Part shown: positions 20,348 to 30,064 of the stretch, piece by piece
Position numbering within the stretch: position 1 is the stretch's first letter
Layout of the letters: every line of letters begins with the position of its first letter
DNA from: Candidatus Omnitrophota bacterium
Lineage (GTDB): Bacteria > Omnitrophota > Gorgyraeia > Gygaellales > Profunditerraquicolaceae
Direction: 5' to 3'
Length of the DNA stretch: 53,643 nucleotides
NCBI GenBank assembly: GCA_043812955.1
Contig: JBDRLN010000067.1
Location: 1-53,643 of the forward strand
Notes under the pieces: model-generated
Databases searched by the model: none
Told to the model about the DNA's origin: nothing
Seen by the model: only the letters and a program-made list of their open reading frames with translations
Translations under genes and position numbers: made by a program

Positions 20348-20382
20348 GAATTTAAGCCAAACCAGTTATAACCAGGCTTAAA

Positions 20383-20445
20383 CCACTTTACTCCACTTAT
20401 CACCACTTTGTATCACAAGTATAGTATAATCTAACTACTTGTCAA
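20383..20445 (-). promoter_or_regulatory. dcw promoter with MraZ-binding GTGG repeats
   Basis: TTGACA (20445-20440), N16, TATACT (20423-20418); CCAC at 20383, 20393 and 20403 (10 bp period), matching known MraZ boxes. Confidence 0.75.
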
Positions 20446-20524
20446 GACAATATTTGACTTATTTTCTCTTAACACAATATATTGTATAGGGATACTAAAA
20501 AGGGGGTATATGTTGAGGTATAAT

Positions 20525-21439
20525 CTAGTGGGGGGAGAGGCTATTTCTGGCTTTTTTAATGTCTTTCTTAATTGCTTCTATCAAATCCAATGGATTACTG
20601 AATTTCTTATCGTTTCTAATCTTCCTGATGAACTGAATTTCTAAGTTCTGGCCATATATATTTGCGTTAAATTTAAATATGTGCGCTTCAACCCTCTTGC
20701 TCCTGGTATTTAAAAATTTCGTAAAGGTCGGGCGGGAACCGATATAACATACTCCGCCTAATGATTTATTTTTAAGAATAACCTTTACTGCGTATATCCC
20801 ATCAGGAGGTAATATCTCATGCTGGGGGATTATATTAGCCGTAGGAAAACCTAATTTTGTGGCCAGGCAGTCCCCTCTTCCTACCCTGCCTAATACACTT
20901 ACCCGACGGGATAATAATTTCGCGGCCTGGTCTAGATCGCCTCTTAAAATAAATTTACGGATCGCAGTGCTGCTTATTGGCCGGTTATTTATCTTAATGA
21001 TCTCAAAAACTTTAAATTTAAAACCACAGGTTGCCGATAGTTTTTTAAGTAATTTAAAATTGCCCCTAGCATTTTGGCCGAAAGTAAAATTCCTTCCGAC
21101 ATATACATACCGGGGATTTATTTTTTTGACCAGTATATCTTTAATAAAATCTTCTGCGCTAATCCGGGAAAATCTTTGATCAAAATTAAGCACGATACAG
21201 GCAGCGATCCCGATACGCTGGAATAAATTTAAGCGATGCTCGAGAGAATAAAGGCTGTCTTCTTTTTGGGGATGAGGGTCAAAGGTGAGTACAACACTTG
21301 AGCCTTTTATGCTCTTGGCCTGGGCAATCGCTTCCTTTAATATCAGCTTATGCCCCAGGTGCACTCCGTCAAACACCCCCATCGCCACCACCGGATTATT
21401 CAATTTACCGATATTATTTATTCCGTATATCACTTTCAT
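20525..21439 (-). CDS. ribF: Bifunctional riboflavin kinase/FAD synthetase
   Basis: GVFDGVHLGH, TFDPHP, ISSTAIR, LGFPTAN, IGSRPT; start moved to MKVIY. Confidence 0.93.
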   Translation of the reverse strand: MKVIYGINNIGKLNNPVVAMGVFDGVHLGHKLILKEAIAQAKSIKGSSVVLTFDPHPQKEDSLYSLEHRLNLFQRIGIAACIVLNFDQRFSRISAEDFIKDILVKKINPRYVYVGRNFTFGQNARGNFKLLKKLSATCGFKFKVFEIIKINNRPISSTAIRKFILRGDLDQAAKLLSRRVSVLGRVGRGDCLATKLGFPTANIIPQHEILPPDGIYAVKVILKNKSLGGVCYIGSRPTFTKFLNTRSKRVEAHIFKFNANIYGQNLEIQFIRKIRNDKKFSNPLDLIEAIKKDIKKARNSLSPH

Positions 21440-21478
21440 AATTTTTCGTTTACTAGCGATAAACACTTATCTTGTCGT

Positions 21479-21530
21479 GGGACAGTCCCCTGACCAGCCT
21501 TAACAAATAGCCTTCTACGGGGACAGTCCC
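21479..21530. repeat. Pair of GGGACAGTCCC(C) quasi-palindromes
   Basis: GGGACAGTCCCC at 21479 and GGGGACAGTCCC at 21519. Confidence 0.75.
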
Positions 21531-21643
21531 TACTTGCAATGCTCGAGTCTAATATTTATAATAGCCGAAGGTTTTCTAATGCGCGCTCCGGCAAACCTCT
21601 AAAATTATTATTAATCAAAACCGACATTATTAAATATATTATA

Positions 21644-21736
21644 TTTAGCGGGTGACCAAAGGACGGCGGCGACTGGGAGGATCCACACCGGGCGGAGGGG
21701 CCCAAGAGCTGCCTCCTTTGGGCAGGACCCGCTAAA
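21644..21736. other. GC-rich 93-nt long imperfect hairpin (unclassified structured RNA or MITE)
   Basis: TTTAGCGGGT/ACCCGCTAAA, CCAAAGGA/TCCTTTGG, GGCGGC/GCTGCC, TGGG/CCCA and TCC/GGA pair sequentially. Confidence 0.6.
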
Positions 21737-21763
21737 CCGATATTATATGAAAGATCATTGGCA

Positions 21764-22738
21764 TTATTTCAGGGTTTCTTTGATTTTATTCAGGACGCGG
21801 TTTTTGACTGAATCCAGGCTTCCTTTAATTGTGCAGCCGCTGGCGGTAAAATGCCCGCCGCCTCCAAAGGCCTTAGCGATTTCATTAACATTAACTTTAC
21901 CGTGAGAACGGAAATTAACCCTGATTTGATTATCTTTACTTAAATTCTCCTTGAACAATACAACTACCTCGGCTTCCTTAATTGCCCGGCCAAAACTCAA
22001 TATGTAATCACCTAAGTCAATAACTATTTTTTTATGCTCTTTAAGCATAGCCTTGGTCATCTCAAAATAAATCAATCTGCCGTCTGATTCCCTGGACATA
22101 CTCTTTAATACTTCACTCACCAATTGCATATCAGAAAACGGAACATCTCCGTAAAGATGCCGGTAAATCCGGGATACATCAACTTTATATTTTAATAAAT
22201 CCGAAACGATTTCATGGGTTGCGCTGGTAGTGTTCGTATAACGAAAATGCCCTGTGTCTGTTGCCAATCCCACATAAATACATAAAGCAGAATCTTTATC
22301 GATGGCAACCTCCAGCTCCTTATATATCCTATAAATCATTTCGCAACAGCAGGATGACTTTGGGTCTACCCAATTTATATCCCCAAATTTACTATTGCTG
22401 ATATGATGGTCGATATTGAGTACCGGCTTATTTGCGGTATTCAACTTGTAAACTTCGCCCGGCCGTTTTAAATCTGAGCAATCTAAAACCACAAAAACAT
22501 CAAACTTTATATTCTTGAGATTGTGACTTAGCTTACGAATAACCTTATTGCCGGGAAGAAAATCATACCCGTAAGGCAGGGAATCCTCATTTACGATAAC
22601 CGCTTTTTTACCTTTTGCCCGGAGAAGTTTATAAAAAGCCAGCTCCGAACCTAAAGCATCCCCTTCTAAATTGGTATGGCTAGTAATCAGAAAACTCTTA
22701 TTATTTCTTATTACTTCGCTTACTTTTTTTAGGCTCAC
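21764..22738 (-). CDS. nrnA: DHH/DHHA1 phosphoesterase (NrnA-like nanoRNase/pAp phosphatase)
   Basis: H.N.EGDALGS, IDHH, TDTGHF, GGGGH; follows rbfA. Confidence 0.88.
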   Translation of the reverse strand: MSLKKVSEVIRNNKSFLITSHTNLEGDALGSELAFYKLLRAKGKKAVIVNEDSLPYGYDFLPGNKVIRKLSHNLKNIKFDVFVVLDCSDLKRPGEVYKLNTANKPVLNIDHHISNSKFGDINWVDPKSSCCCEMIYRIYKELEVAIDKDSALCIYVGLATDTGHFRYTNTTSATHEIVSDLLKYKVDVSRIYRHLYGDVPFSDMQLVSEVLKSMSRESDGRLIYFEMTKAMLKEHKKIVIDLGDYILSFGRAIKEAEVVVLFKENLSKDNQIRVNFRSHGKVNVNEIAKAFGGGGHFTASGCTIKGSLDSVKNRVLNKIKETLK

Positions 22739-23162
22739 TCCGCTCTTCCTTTCTGACTTTATTCACTATTTCTTCTTTTTTAATCTTATCCCCTGCGCTT
22801 TCCTCGGCGGAAGAGTGGGGCTCGTTGAACTCCTTAATCTCATTTAATACTTCTTGGATTCTTACGCTGTATTCGCTGGAACGATCCTCCCTGAAAGATA
22901 GCTCCGGCGCCAGCCTTAATTTTACCCTTTGGCAGACTTCCTTGCGGATAAATCCCGCCGCCGAATCCAAGGCTTGCTTGGTCAACGTGTAATCTTCGTC
23001 TTTACCTAAAACGCTATAGAATACTTTGGCGTAACGCAAGTCCGGGGTTAATTCTACCGAAGTTATGGTAATAAACCCTAAGCGTGGATCTTTCAATAGA
23101 TCGTGAACTATAATACTGACTTCCCTTCTGATTGTTTCCTGGACCCTATCGTGTCTGGACAT
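22701..23162 (-). CDS. rbfA: 30S ribosome-binding factor A
   Basis: R.DRV.E.IRRE, KDPRLG, VELTPDLRYAKV, LRLAPELSF; charged C-terminal extension. Confidence 0.93.
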   Translation of the reverse strand: MSRHDRVQETIRREVSIIVHDLLKDPRLGFITITSVELTPDLRYAKVFYSVLGKDEDYTLTKQALDSAAGFIRKEVCQRVKLRLAPELSFREDRSSEYSVRIQEVLNEIKEFNEPHSSAEESAGDKIKKEEIVNKVRKEERSEPKKSKRSNKK

Positions 23163-23188
23163 TTTTACCTCTTTTTTTTCGCTGGTTA

Positions 23189-24463
23189 TTATTTAATCTT
23201 AGCTAACTTCCTGGCCAAAACCAACTCTTCGTCTTTTGTATTTACTCTATTCTCAATTCTGGCATTCAATACTTTTCTTAATATCTCCTGGTAGCGCGGG
23301 CCGGATTTAATCCCTAAGGCGTTTAAATCATGGCCGGAAATATGCAGCCTTACGCAGCCGGATAACTTAAAAAATTTATCGATTTCTTTTCTCGCATAAA
23401 GACGTAATGATTTAGACCTGATCAAAATAATCACTTCATAGCTTAAAGGCTCCAATAGATTATACACCCGGCTTAATTTTATCCGCGGTTTATTTATTAC
23501 CCGGGAGACCTTGTCACCAGACTTGATATAAGTTAATACCCTCTTTTCTATCCCGCCCGCAAATACAAATTTTTCTAAAACTTTTTTTATTTCCGGGACT
23601 TTTTGGCCATCCAACAAAGCCATGAGATAAATAACCCAATTATCCAGACGCCTGTGGTTAGGAAAAAGCCGGTTAAACCGCTTAATCTCAAGCCTTGATT
23701 CCTTTAAAAGGCTTAACCGTTTTCGCGAAAGGGATAAATCTCTGTTAATAAAACCTAAACCGCTCAACTCTCCAAGCCGCTTAAGCGCTTTTATCGGATT
23801 TTTCTCTTTCAATATCAGGATAATTTCATCACGGACCCTCTGGGGCTGGATTTTTTCAAGCCTACCTTGCCGGCTGGCTTCCTTTAATAAAAAAAGAGTA
23901 GCGGCTTCTAGACGAAAACCATACCTCTGCTCAAAACGGACAGCCCTTAATATCCGGGTAGGATCATCGACAAAACTTAAATTATGCAATACCCGGATTT
24001 TTTTATTTGCTAAATCACTTTTTCCGTTGAATAAATCAATGAACCTACCAAAGCTAGCATTAGATATACTTATGGCCATCGCGTTGATGGTAAAATCCCT
24101 GCGGAATAAATCATCTTTTAATAACCCAAAGCTTACCACCGGTAAATGTCCAGGCTTTGGATAAAATTCCCTGCGGCAGGTAGCAATATCAAGTTTTAAA
24201 TGAGGACGAATAAAACAAGTAGCAGTGCCAAACCGGCGGTGGAATACAACCCTAACTTCCAGCTTTCGACTTAGTTTTTCCGCGAAACCTAACCCATCGC
24301 CTTCCACAACTATATCTAAATCTAAATTCTTAACCCCTAATAATAGATCCCGGACAAATCCGCCGACAAGATAAACATTACAGTTTAACTCACTAGCCAG
24401 ATCCCTGATGATTAAGATCAATTCCTTAATTTCTAGCGGAAGTTTTTCTAAATATTCTCTCAT
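23189..24463 (-). CDS. Class II tRNA nucleotidyltransferase (CCA/A-adding type)
   Basis: YLVGGFVRDLL, DLD, RRDFTINAMA, DDPTRILRAVRF. Confidence 0.88.
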   Translation of the reverse strand: MREYLEKLPLEIKELILIIRDLASELNCNVYLVGGFVRDLLLGVKNLDLDIVVEGDGLGFAEKLSRKLEVRVVFHRRFGTATCFIRPHLKLDIATCRREFYPKPGHLPVVSFGLLKDDLFRRDFTINAMAISISNASFGRFIDLFNGKSDLANKKIRVLHNLSFVDDPTRILRAVRFEQRYGFRLEAATLFLLKEASRQGRLEKIQPQRVRDEIILILKEKNPIKALKRLGELSGLGFINRDLSLSRKRLSLLKESRLEIKRFNRLFPNHRRLDNWVIYLMALLDGQKVPEIKKVLEKFVFAGGIEKRVLTYIKSGDKVSRVINKPRIKLSRVYNLLEPLSYEVIILIRSKSLRLYARKEIDKFFKLSGCVRLHISGHDLNALGIKSGPRYQEILRKVLNARIENRVNTKDEELVLARKLAKIK

Positions 24464-24500
24464 CTCTCGTCTATTATCCCTGATTATTATTTCAAATCCT

Positions 24501-24597
24501 GGAGGACAGTCTCCGCTCTAACTCCCAGGGGACAGCCTCCATTGAAAATTTGAATCTTCTTTGGAGACTGTCCCCGAGGTTGCAGGAAACTGTCCCC
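24501..24597. repeat. Cluster of four GGGGACAGTCYCC-type units (two forward, two inverted)
   Basis: GGAGGACAGTCTCC, GGGGACAGCCTCC, GGAGACTGTCCCC, GGAAACTGTCCCC. Confidence 0.75.
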
Positions 24598-24633
24598 GAT
24601 CCTTGTTTTCCCCCTACCTACTACCTACTGTAT

Positions 24634-25524
24634 TTACGGCCGGGGGTGGTACGTCTTATGAATTAATTTCAACCTATCCTTATTTACATGAGTATAAAGC
24701 TGGGTAGTGGAGATATTGGAATGCCCGAGCATCTCCTGAACCGAACGTAAATCCGCCCCTCTCTCTAATAAATGAGTGGCAAAAGAATGCCTTAAGATAT
24801 GCGGCCGCATTGGTTTTTTTATCCGGGCATCCTTGGCGTATTTTTTAATCAGTTTCCAGAAAGACTGCCGAGATATTTTCTTGCCCAAACGGCTCAAGAA
24901 TAAAAAATCCGATTCTTTATTCTTTAATAAACGCGGACGGACAGTTTCTATGTATCTTTTGATACTGGACTGGGCCTTCCTCCCCAAAGGAATGATCCGC
25001 TCCTTATTGCCTTTTCCTATACAGCGTAAAAAACCAATATCGAAATTAACATTATCTTTTTTTAAATTTACCGCCTCAGATACCCGCATGCCCGTAGCAT
25101 AAAGCGTTTCCAGGATCGCCCTATCCCTTAAGCCCTGTTTATCCCGAACATTAGGCTGGGATATAAGGGACTCTACTTCATTTACGGAAAGCGTTTCCGG
25201 TATCCTCTTCCAGAGTTTCGGTGAATCTATAAGGCTTGTCGGATCGGTTTTTAAAATCCTTTCCCTGACTAGAAAACGATAAAACATCCGAATAGCTGCC
25301 AGCCTGCGGGCAATAGAATTAGCATTGATACCCTTGTCTTTTTGAAAAAGCATAAAATCAATTGTATGATTTTTAACGGTATTTGATAATTCTCTTACAC
25401 CTTTATTCTCCAAATAAGTCATGTAGGCAAACAAATCCTGCCGATAGGAAACAATGGTATTCAAAGCGAGTCCCCGCTCGACCGAGAGAAAGTCTAAAAA
25501 ATTCTGAATCAATTCTTTCATCAA
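24634..25524 (-). CDS. xerD: Site-specific tyrosine recombinase XerD
   Basis: VERGLA.NT, RDRAILETLYATGMRVSE, GKGNKER, HILRHSFATHLL, LGHSNISTTQLY, YHPR. Confidence 0.92.
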   Translation of the reverse strand: MMKELIQNFLDFLSVERGLALNTIVSYRQDLFAYMTYLENKGVRELSNTVKNHTIDFMLFQKDKGINANSIARRLAAIRMFYRFLVRERILKTDPTSLIDSPKLWKRIPETLSVNEVESLISQPNVRDKQGLRDRAILETLYATGMRVSEAVNLKKDNVNFDIGFLRCIGKGNKERIIPLGRKAQSSIKRYIETVRPRLLKNKESDFLFLSRLGKKISRQSFWKLIKKYAKDARIKKPMRPHILRHSFATHLLERGADLRSVQEMLGHSNISTTQLYTHVNKDRLKLIHKTYHPRP

Positions 25525-25530
25525 TATCCT

Positions 25531-25564
25531 GTTTTTCTCTACCTATACCTTTACCTATACCTAG
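25531..25564. repeat. NTACCT hexamer-repeat element, copy 1
   Basis: GTTTTTCTCTACCTATACCTTTACCTATACCTAG; 33/34 identical to 41688-41721. Confidence 0.8.
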
Positions 25565-26196
25565 ATTAAAAAGGGATTATTTTCTCTCTCCCTGCCTATA
25601 GTGGATGCCGGACCATGCCCTGGATAAATTACAGTCTCATCCGGAAGTTTAAAAAGCTTCTCCTTTATCGCCTGTACTAACGCAGTTTCACTGGCTCCAG
25701 GAAAATCCGTCCTGCCTATACCAGCGCAGAATAAAGAATCACCGGTGAATAAGATACCTTTAACCGGCTCTTTTAATAGCAAAGCAATTCCTCCCGGGGT
25801 ATGCCCGGGCAGATGGATCACCTCTAATTTTATCCCGCCCAAACTAATAATATCATTTTCCCGGACTTCTTTTATTACTGAATCTTTTAAAGCAAAAGGA
25901 TCCGGAGCAAAAAATCCGGACAGATTAAGGTTAGGTTCTTTTAAAAAATCCGAATCCGCCTGATGGATATACACCAAAACGCCAAATTTATCATCACAAC
26001 CGATATGGTCATAGTGTCCGTGGGTATTAATTATGATTCCGGGCTTTAGTTTATGTTTGGTTAAAACCTTCCTGATCTTAGCCTCTTCAGCTCCGGGATC
26101 AATAATTAGAGCCTGCTCAAATCCGGGCCTAGCCAAAATATAACAATTGCTTTCGACCGGTCCGACCACAACCCTCTTTAAAATCATATCAGGCAT
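25561..26196 (-). CDS. MBL-fold metallohydrolase (glyoxalase II-like)
   Basis: THGHYDH, PGHTPG, FTGDSLF, GRTDFPG, PGHG. Confidence 0.9.
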   Translation of the reverse strand: MPDMILKRVVVGPVESNCYILARPGFEQALIIDPGAEEAKIRKVLTKHKLKPGIIINTHGHYDHIGCDDKFGVLVYIHQADSDFLKEPNLNLSGFFAPDPFALKDSVIKEVRENDIISLGGIKLEVIHLPGHTPGGIALLLKEPVKGILFTGDSLFCAGIGRTDFPGASETALVQAIKEKLFKLPDETVIYPGHGPASTIGRERENNPFLI

Positions 26197-26687
26197 TTTT
26201 TAACTTTGTCGTATGAAAATTCCCTTTGAATATCTCTTTTGAGTTTTTCGGCATCCAGATGCAGGGAAGAAAGTTCCGAACCGTATATATCTTCAATGAT
26301 CCGAAATTTTAAAATATCCATTTTATTCAGGTAAATATCCAAACCCGTCTGCTTATCGGTGTTTAATAACAGCCTTAAGGCCTGAAGGCTATTTATTGAT
26401 TCCTTCACGCAATCTATCTGTTTTTTATGATTATCAGAGTTACTTAAAGAATTTATCATTTCATCATGCCAATTCTTCCAGAAAAAAAATGTGTCCCGGT
26501 ACTTTTCTTCCTTGCTTAACTGTGGAGGCTTATATTCTTCCGGGATTAAAACTAACTCCTCCGCTGTAATTTTTTCCTTAGGCTTACGGGTAAATTTACG
26601 GACAAAGGCTTCGCAACCAGTTACTGAAATTACCAGCAAAAATATTAATATCAAGTTACTAATCCGTTTCATTTTTGATTTATTCAT
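26184..26687 (-). CDS. Hypothetical lipoprotein
   Basis: Basic N-terminus, hydrophobic stretch, lipobox VTGC. Confidence 0.6.
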   Translation of the reverse strand: MNKSKMKRISNLILIFLLVISVTGCEAFVRKFTRKPKEKITAEELVLIPEEYKPPQLSKEEKYRDTFFFWKNWHDEMINSLSNSDNHKKQIDCVKESINSLQALRLLLNTDKQTGLDIYLNKMDILKFRIIEDIYGSELSSLHLDAEKLKRDIQREFSYDKVKKCLI

Positions 26688-26747
26688 TTAACTTCTCCTC
26701 TTTCCCGCCAGATCAATCTTAATAATACAGGCGGGATCCCGCTTTCA

Positions 26748-28745
26748 TTAAGATTTTAATAAGCGGGAAAAATCCTGCTCATTAATAATTTTTACGCCAA
26801 CTTTTTTAGCCTGTTTGTACTTATGCCCTGGATTATCCCCCGCTACTACAAAATCCGTATTTTTACTTACGCTGTAAGAAAAATTACCTCCTGCTTCCCG
26901 GACAATCTTTTCAGCCTGGGAACGGGTTAAACCTTTTAATTCTCCGGTAAAAACTACTGCCTTTCCGGTAAATGGGGTATTTTTTATCTGCTTAAATTCC
27001 TCTTTAAAATTAAGCCCGGAGTTTCTTAACTCTTCAATCATCTTCCTGATCTGGGGCTGGCTAAAATAATCCCTGATAGAAGCAGACATAACTTCACCTA
27101 TCTCGTATATCGCGCTAAGATCTTCTTTTTTAGACTTAATTAAATTATCCATATCCCTAAATTTTACGGCCAGGATATACGCGGCTTTTTCGCCCACATG
27201 CCTTATGCCTAAGGAATAAATCAGGCGGGATAAAGGCTGTTTTTTACTTTTTTCTATTCCCATAAGTAAATTTTGGGCTTTCTTATCTTTAAATAATTCT
27301 AGCCTTAATAGATCTTCTTTTTTAAGATTATAAATATCGGAAAAATTGCGCACTAACTTAAATTTTACCAACTGTTTTACCGCTGCCTCTCCCAGGCCCT
27401 GGATATCCATAGCTAAGCGGGAGGAAAAATGCAAGATACCCCGCTCTAATTGCGCCGGGCAAATAGGATTAATGCAGCGATAGGCAACAGCTTCTTCCTT
27501 TTCTTTAATTACCCTGCCATTGCATACCGGGCAATTTTTAGGGATTAGAAAAGGCTTCTTGCCCTTGCTCTGTACCACTTTAACTACCTTAGGGATTACA
27601 TCCCCGGCCCTCTCAATCAAGACCCGGTCTGCGATTTTCACATTCAAGCGTTTTATCTCGTCAAAATTATGCAAAGTAGCGTGTTGGATAATCACTCCCG
27701 AACACTCAACCGGTTTAAGCCGGGCAGTTGGAGTGATTACGCCGGTCCGGCCTACATTAAGCTGGATATCTAAAATTTCAGTTGTGGCTTGCCGGGCGGG
27801 AAATTTATAAGCGACTGCCCAACGCGGGCTTTTTAAAGTATACCCTAAGGCCAGCTGTCCTTTTAAATCATTCACCTTAACCACGATACCATCAATTTCA
27901 TAATCCAGCCTGTCTCTTTTCTCCTGCAGGCCCTGGCAATAATCAATAACCTGGTCAATATTCTTACAGAGCCGGTACTGCGGGTTTACCCGCATTCCCC
28001 AGTTTTTTAGTTTTTCCAGAAAATCCATCTGGCTTAATATGTTTACGCCTTGGTATTCTCCCAGGGAATGGGCAAAAAAACTAAGCCTCCTTTTAGCCAC
28101 AATTGCCGTATCCAGTAGCTTAAGGGAGCCGCTGGCAGCGTTGCGGGGATTAGCAAAAACCGCTGACGCCTCATCTTCCCTCTCTTTATTCAACTCCCGG
28201 AAGTAATTTATATCCATATAAACCTCGCCACGGATTTCAATCAAATCCGGCATATCCTTACCCCTTAAGACCAGGGGGATGGCCCGGATAGTCTTTAAAT
28301 TAGCGGTGATCTCTTCTCCGGTTTCGCCGTCTCCCCGGGTCGCGCCTGTAATCAATCTGCCATTTTCAAAAGTAAGATTGGCGCTTACCCCGTCGATTTT
28401 AAGTTCCACCAGATACTCAATTAATTTATTCCCCCTTAAGCCCTTATGCACTCGTATATCCCACTCCCTTAATTCAGTAAAAGAATAGGTATTATCCAAA
28501 GAAATCATCTTTTGCCGGTGTTTAACTGTTTTAAATCCTTTCAATATGCCGTCGGATACCCTGGCCGTAGGAGAATCATCCGATTTATACTGCGGGTATT
28601 TATCTTCCAAGCCTTTAAGCCTGCGCATTAAATCATCATATTCCTTATCGGAAATCACCGGCTCACTTAATATATAATAGCGATGATCATGCTGACGGAT
28701 TATTTCTTTCAACTCCTCGATCTTTTGTTTTATATTAACCGGCAT
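26748..28745 (-). CDS. ligA: NAD-dependent DNA ligase
   Basis: ELKIDG, TRGDG, NPRNAASG, EIDGIVVK, zinc-finger Cys, BRCT; start reassigned to MPVNIKQ (ATG 28745) to avoid overlap. Confidence 0.95.
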   Translation of the reverse strand: MPVNIKQKIEELKEIIRQHDHRYYILSEPVISDKEYDDLMRRLKGLEDKYPQYKSDDSPTARVSDGILKGFKTVKHRQKMISLDNTYSFTELREWDIRVHKGLRGNKLIEYLVELKIDGVSANLTFENGRLITGATRGDGETGEEITANLKTIRAIPLVLRGKDMPDLIEIRGEVYMDINYFRELNKEREDEASAVFANPRNAASGSLKLLDTAIVAKRRLSFFAHSLGEYQGVNILSQMDFLEKLKNWGMRVNPQYRLCKNIDQVIDYCQGLQEKRDRLDYEIDGIVVKVNDLKGQLALGYTLKSPRWAVAYKFPARQATTEILDIQLNVGRTGVITPTARLKPVECSGVIIQHATLHNFDEIKRLNVKIADRVLIERAGDVIPKVVKVVQSKGKKPFLIPKNCPVCNGRVIKEKEEAVAYRCINPICPAQLERGILHFSSRLAMDIQGLGEAAVKQLVKFKLVRNFSDIYNLKKEDLLRLELFKDKKAQNLLMGIEKSKKQPLSRLIYSLGIRHVGEKAAYILAVKFRDMDNLIKSKKEDLSAIYEIGEVMSASIRDYFSQPQIRKMIEELRNSGLNFKEEFKQIKNTPFTGKAVVFTGELKGLTRSQAEKIVREAGGNFSYSVSKNTDFVVAGDNPGHKYKQAKKVGVKIINEQDFSRLLKS

Positions 28746-28746
28746 A

Positions 28747-29475
28747 CTATTTTCCCCATAATAGCCTAGCTGCGCAAAACTCCGGTAAACCTGCCCGGAT
28801 AATCTTATCCCCGGCAGTTTTAATATCATATTCTACCCTTTTGATCCAAATCTCACTTGAGCGGGTATCGAAAATACAATACGCTGCCTTGGGGTTACTG
28901 TCACGGGGCTGACCCACACTTCCCGCGTTAACAATATATTTATTTTCTTTTTTAATCTCTACGGGAAAATCGAGCGTATAATGTATGCGCCCTGTTTTAT
29001 CCTGAATAAATACACCAGCAATATGAGAATGCCCGACAAAACAGATATTATTTTCTAATACCCTAAAGGACTTCCAGGCACTATAGCTGTCGCTGATATA
29101 GCGAAAATCCTGAGGACTATCCAAAGTTCCATGCGCCAGGGTCAGATCTTCGTTTATATAAACCAATTTCAGGGACTTCAGGAATATCCGGCCGGCTTCA
29201 TCCAGATGCTCACCAGTCCAGGCAATCGCCTCTTTGGCAAATTCATTAAAATATTCGCGAGAATATAAACCTACGCTGGCCCAATCATGGTTGCCGGCTA
29301 TAGTAACCCGGGATAATTCTTTTACCAGCCTTACGCACTCCTTAGGGTCAGCTGCATAACCAACAACGTCTCCCAGGCAAAAATACTCATCTATTTCTTC
29401 TTTTTGATAAGCCTGGATAACCCGCTCTAAGGCCTCAAGATTAGAATGAATATCAGAAAATATCCCGTAACGCAT
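28747..29475 (-). CDS. Calcineurin-like metallophosphoesterase
   Basis: SDIHSN, GDVVGY, GNHD, HG, GHSH, NAGSVGQPRD. Confidence 0.9.
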   Translation of the reverse strand: MRYGIFSDIHSNLEALERVIQAYQKEEIDEYFCLGDVVGYAADPKECVRLVKELSRVTIAGNHDWASVGLYSREYFNEFAKEAIAWTGEHLDEAGRIFLKSLKLVYINEDLTLAHGTLDSPQDFRYISDSYSAWKSFRVLENNICFVGHSHIAGVFIQDKTGRIHYTLDFPVEIKKENKYIVNAGSVGQPRDSNPKAAYCIFDTRSSEIWIKRVEYDIKTAGDKIIRAGLPEFCAARLLWGK

Positions 29476-29510
29476 GGGGCGCTGCTCTTTCGGACCAGCT
29501 AAATCTAAGA

Positions 29511-29783
29511 CTAATACCGGATCTCAAAATCTTTATATTCGCCGCCAGCCGGGCCCCACTCCAGATCAGCATCCTGGATATAGCGGGAAAAAGACTGAGC
29601 AATCCGTTCCAGGAAATCTTTCAGGGCATCCTCTCCTGCTTCAGCAACTACTTCTACCCGGCTATCGCCTAAGTTTTTTACCCAACCCCTGACGCTTAAT
29701 TCATCGGCAATATCCCGGGCAATATACCTAAAACCCACTCCCTGCACCCGGCCGGAATAATATATATGGATCTGTTTTTTCAT
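29511..29783 (-). CDS. acyP: Acylphosphatase
   Basis: GRVQGVGFR, GWVKN. Confidence 0.93.
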   Translation of the reverse strand: MKKQIHIYYSGRVQGVGFRYIARDIADELSVRGWVKNLGDSRVEVVAEAGEDALKDFLERIAQSFSRYIQDADLEWGPAGGEYKDFEIRY

Positions 29784-29983
29784 TAGTTCTTCTGTAAGCC
29801 ATTTATAACAGTGTTGATTTTACCACAAATAACAGAGGAAGGAAATCAAATTCGCAGGCTAAAAAAAACAGGGAATAAGCAGAGAGGATTTAATCAATGA
29901 GACTTAATATGCACTGCCGCTGTCGCGGCTCCCGTATCTCCCAGCACCATTCGCCCCGCTTGGAAGCAGTGCTCATTCGGCGC

Positions 29984-30037
29984 CAGCAAGACTAAATCCG
30001 GGTTTTCCTGCCTCACTATCTCAATAGCCTCTCCACT
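29984..30037 (-). pseudogene. Receiver-domain gene remnant
   Basis: Manual translation SGEAIEIVRQENPDLVLL with no start codon or phosphoacceptor Asp, directly after AAAAAAAGGAG. Confidence 0.55.
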
Positions 30038-30064
30038 CCTTTTTTTAAGAAACAGGGCTCAAGT

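Noticed and set aside
21644-21736. SRP RNA or 6S RNA call
   Set aside because: It lacks the SRP domain IV motif on both strands and is too short for 6S; left unclassified.
24634-25524. Tyrosine recombinase as a prophage or island integrase
   Set aside because: Sequence and context are those of housekeeping XerD; no phage genes or att sites are present.
28746-28829. N-terminal extensions of ORF-track calls (ligA; similarly cinA, pgsA, ribF, ribE, rpsO)
   Set aside because: Longest-ORF artefacts; downstream starts fit family N-termini, RBSs or promoters better.
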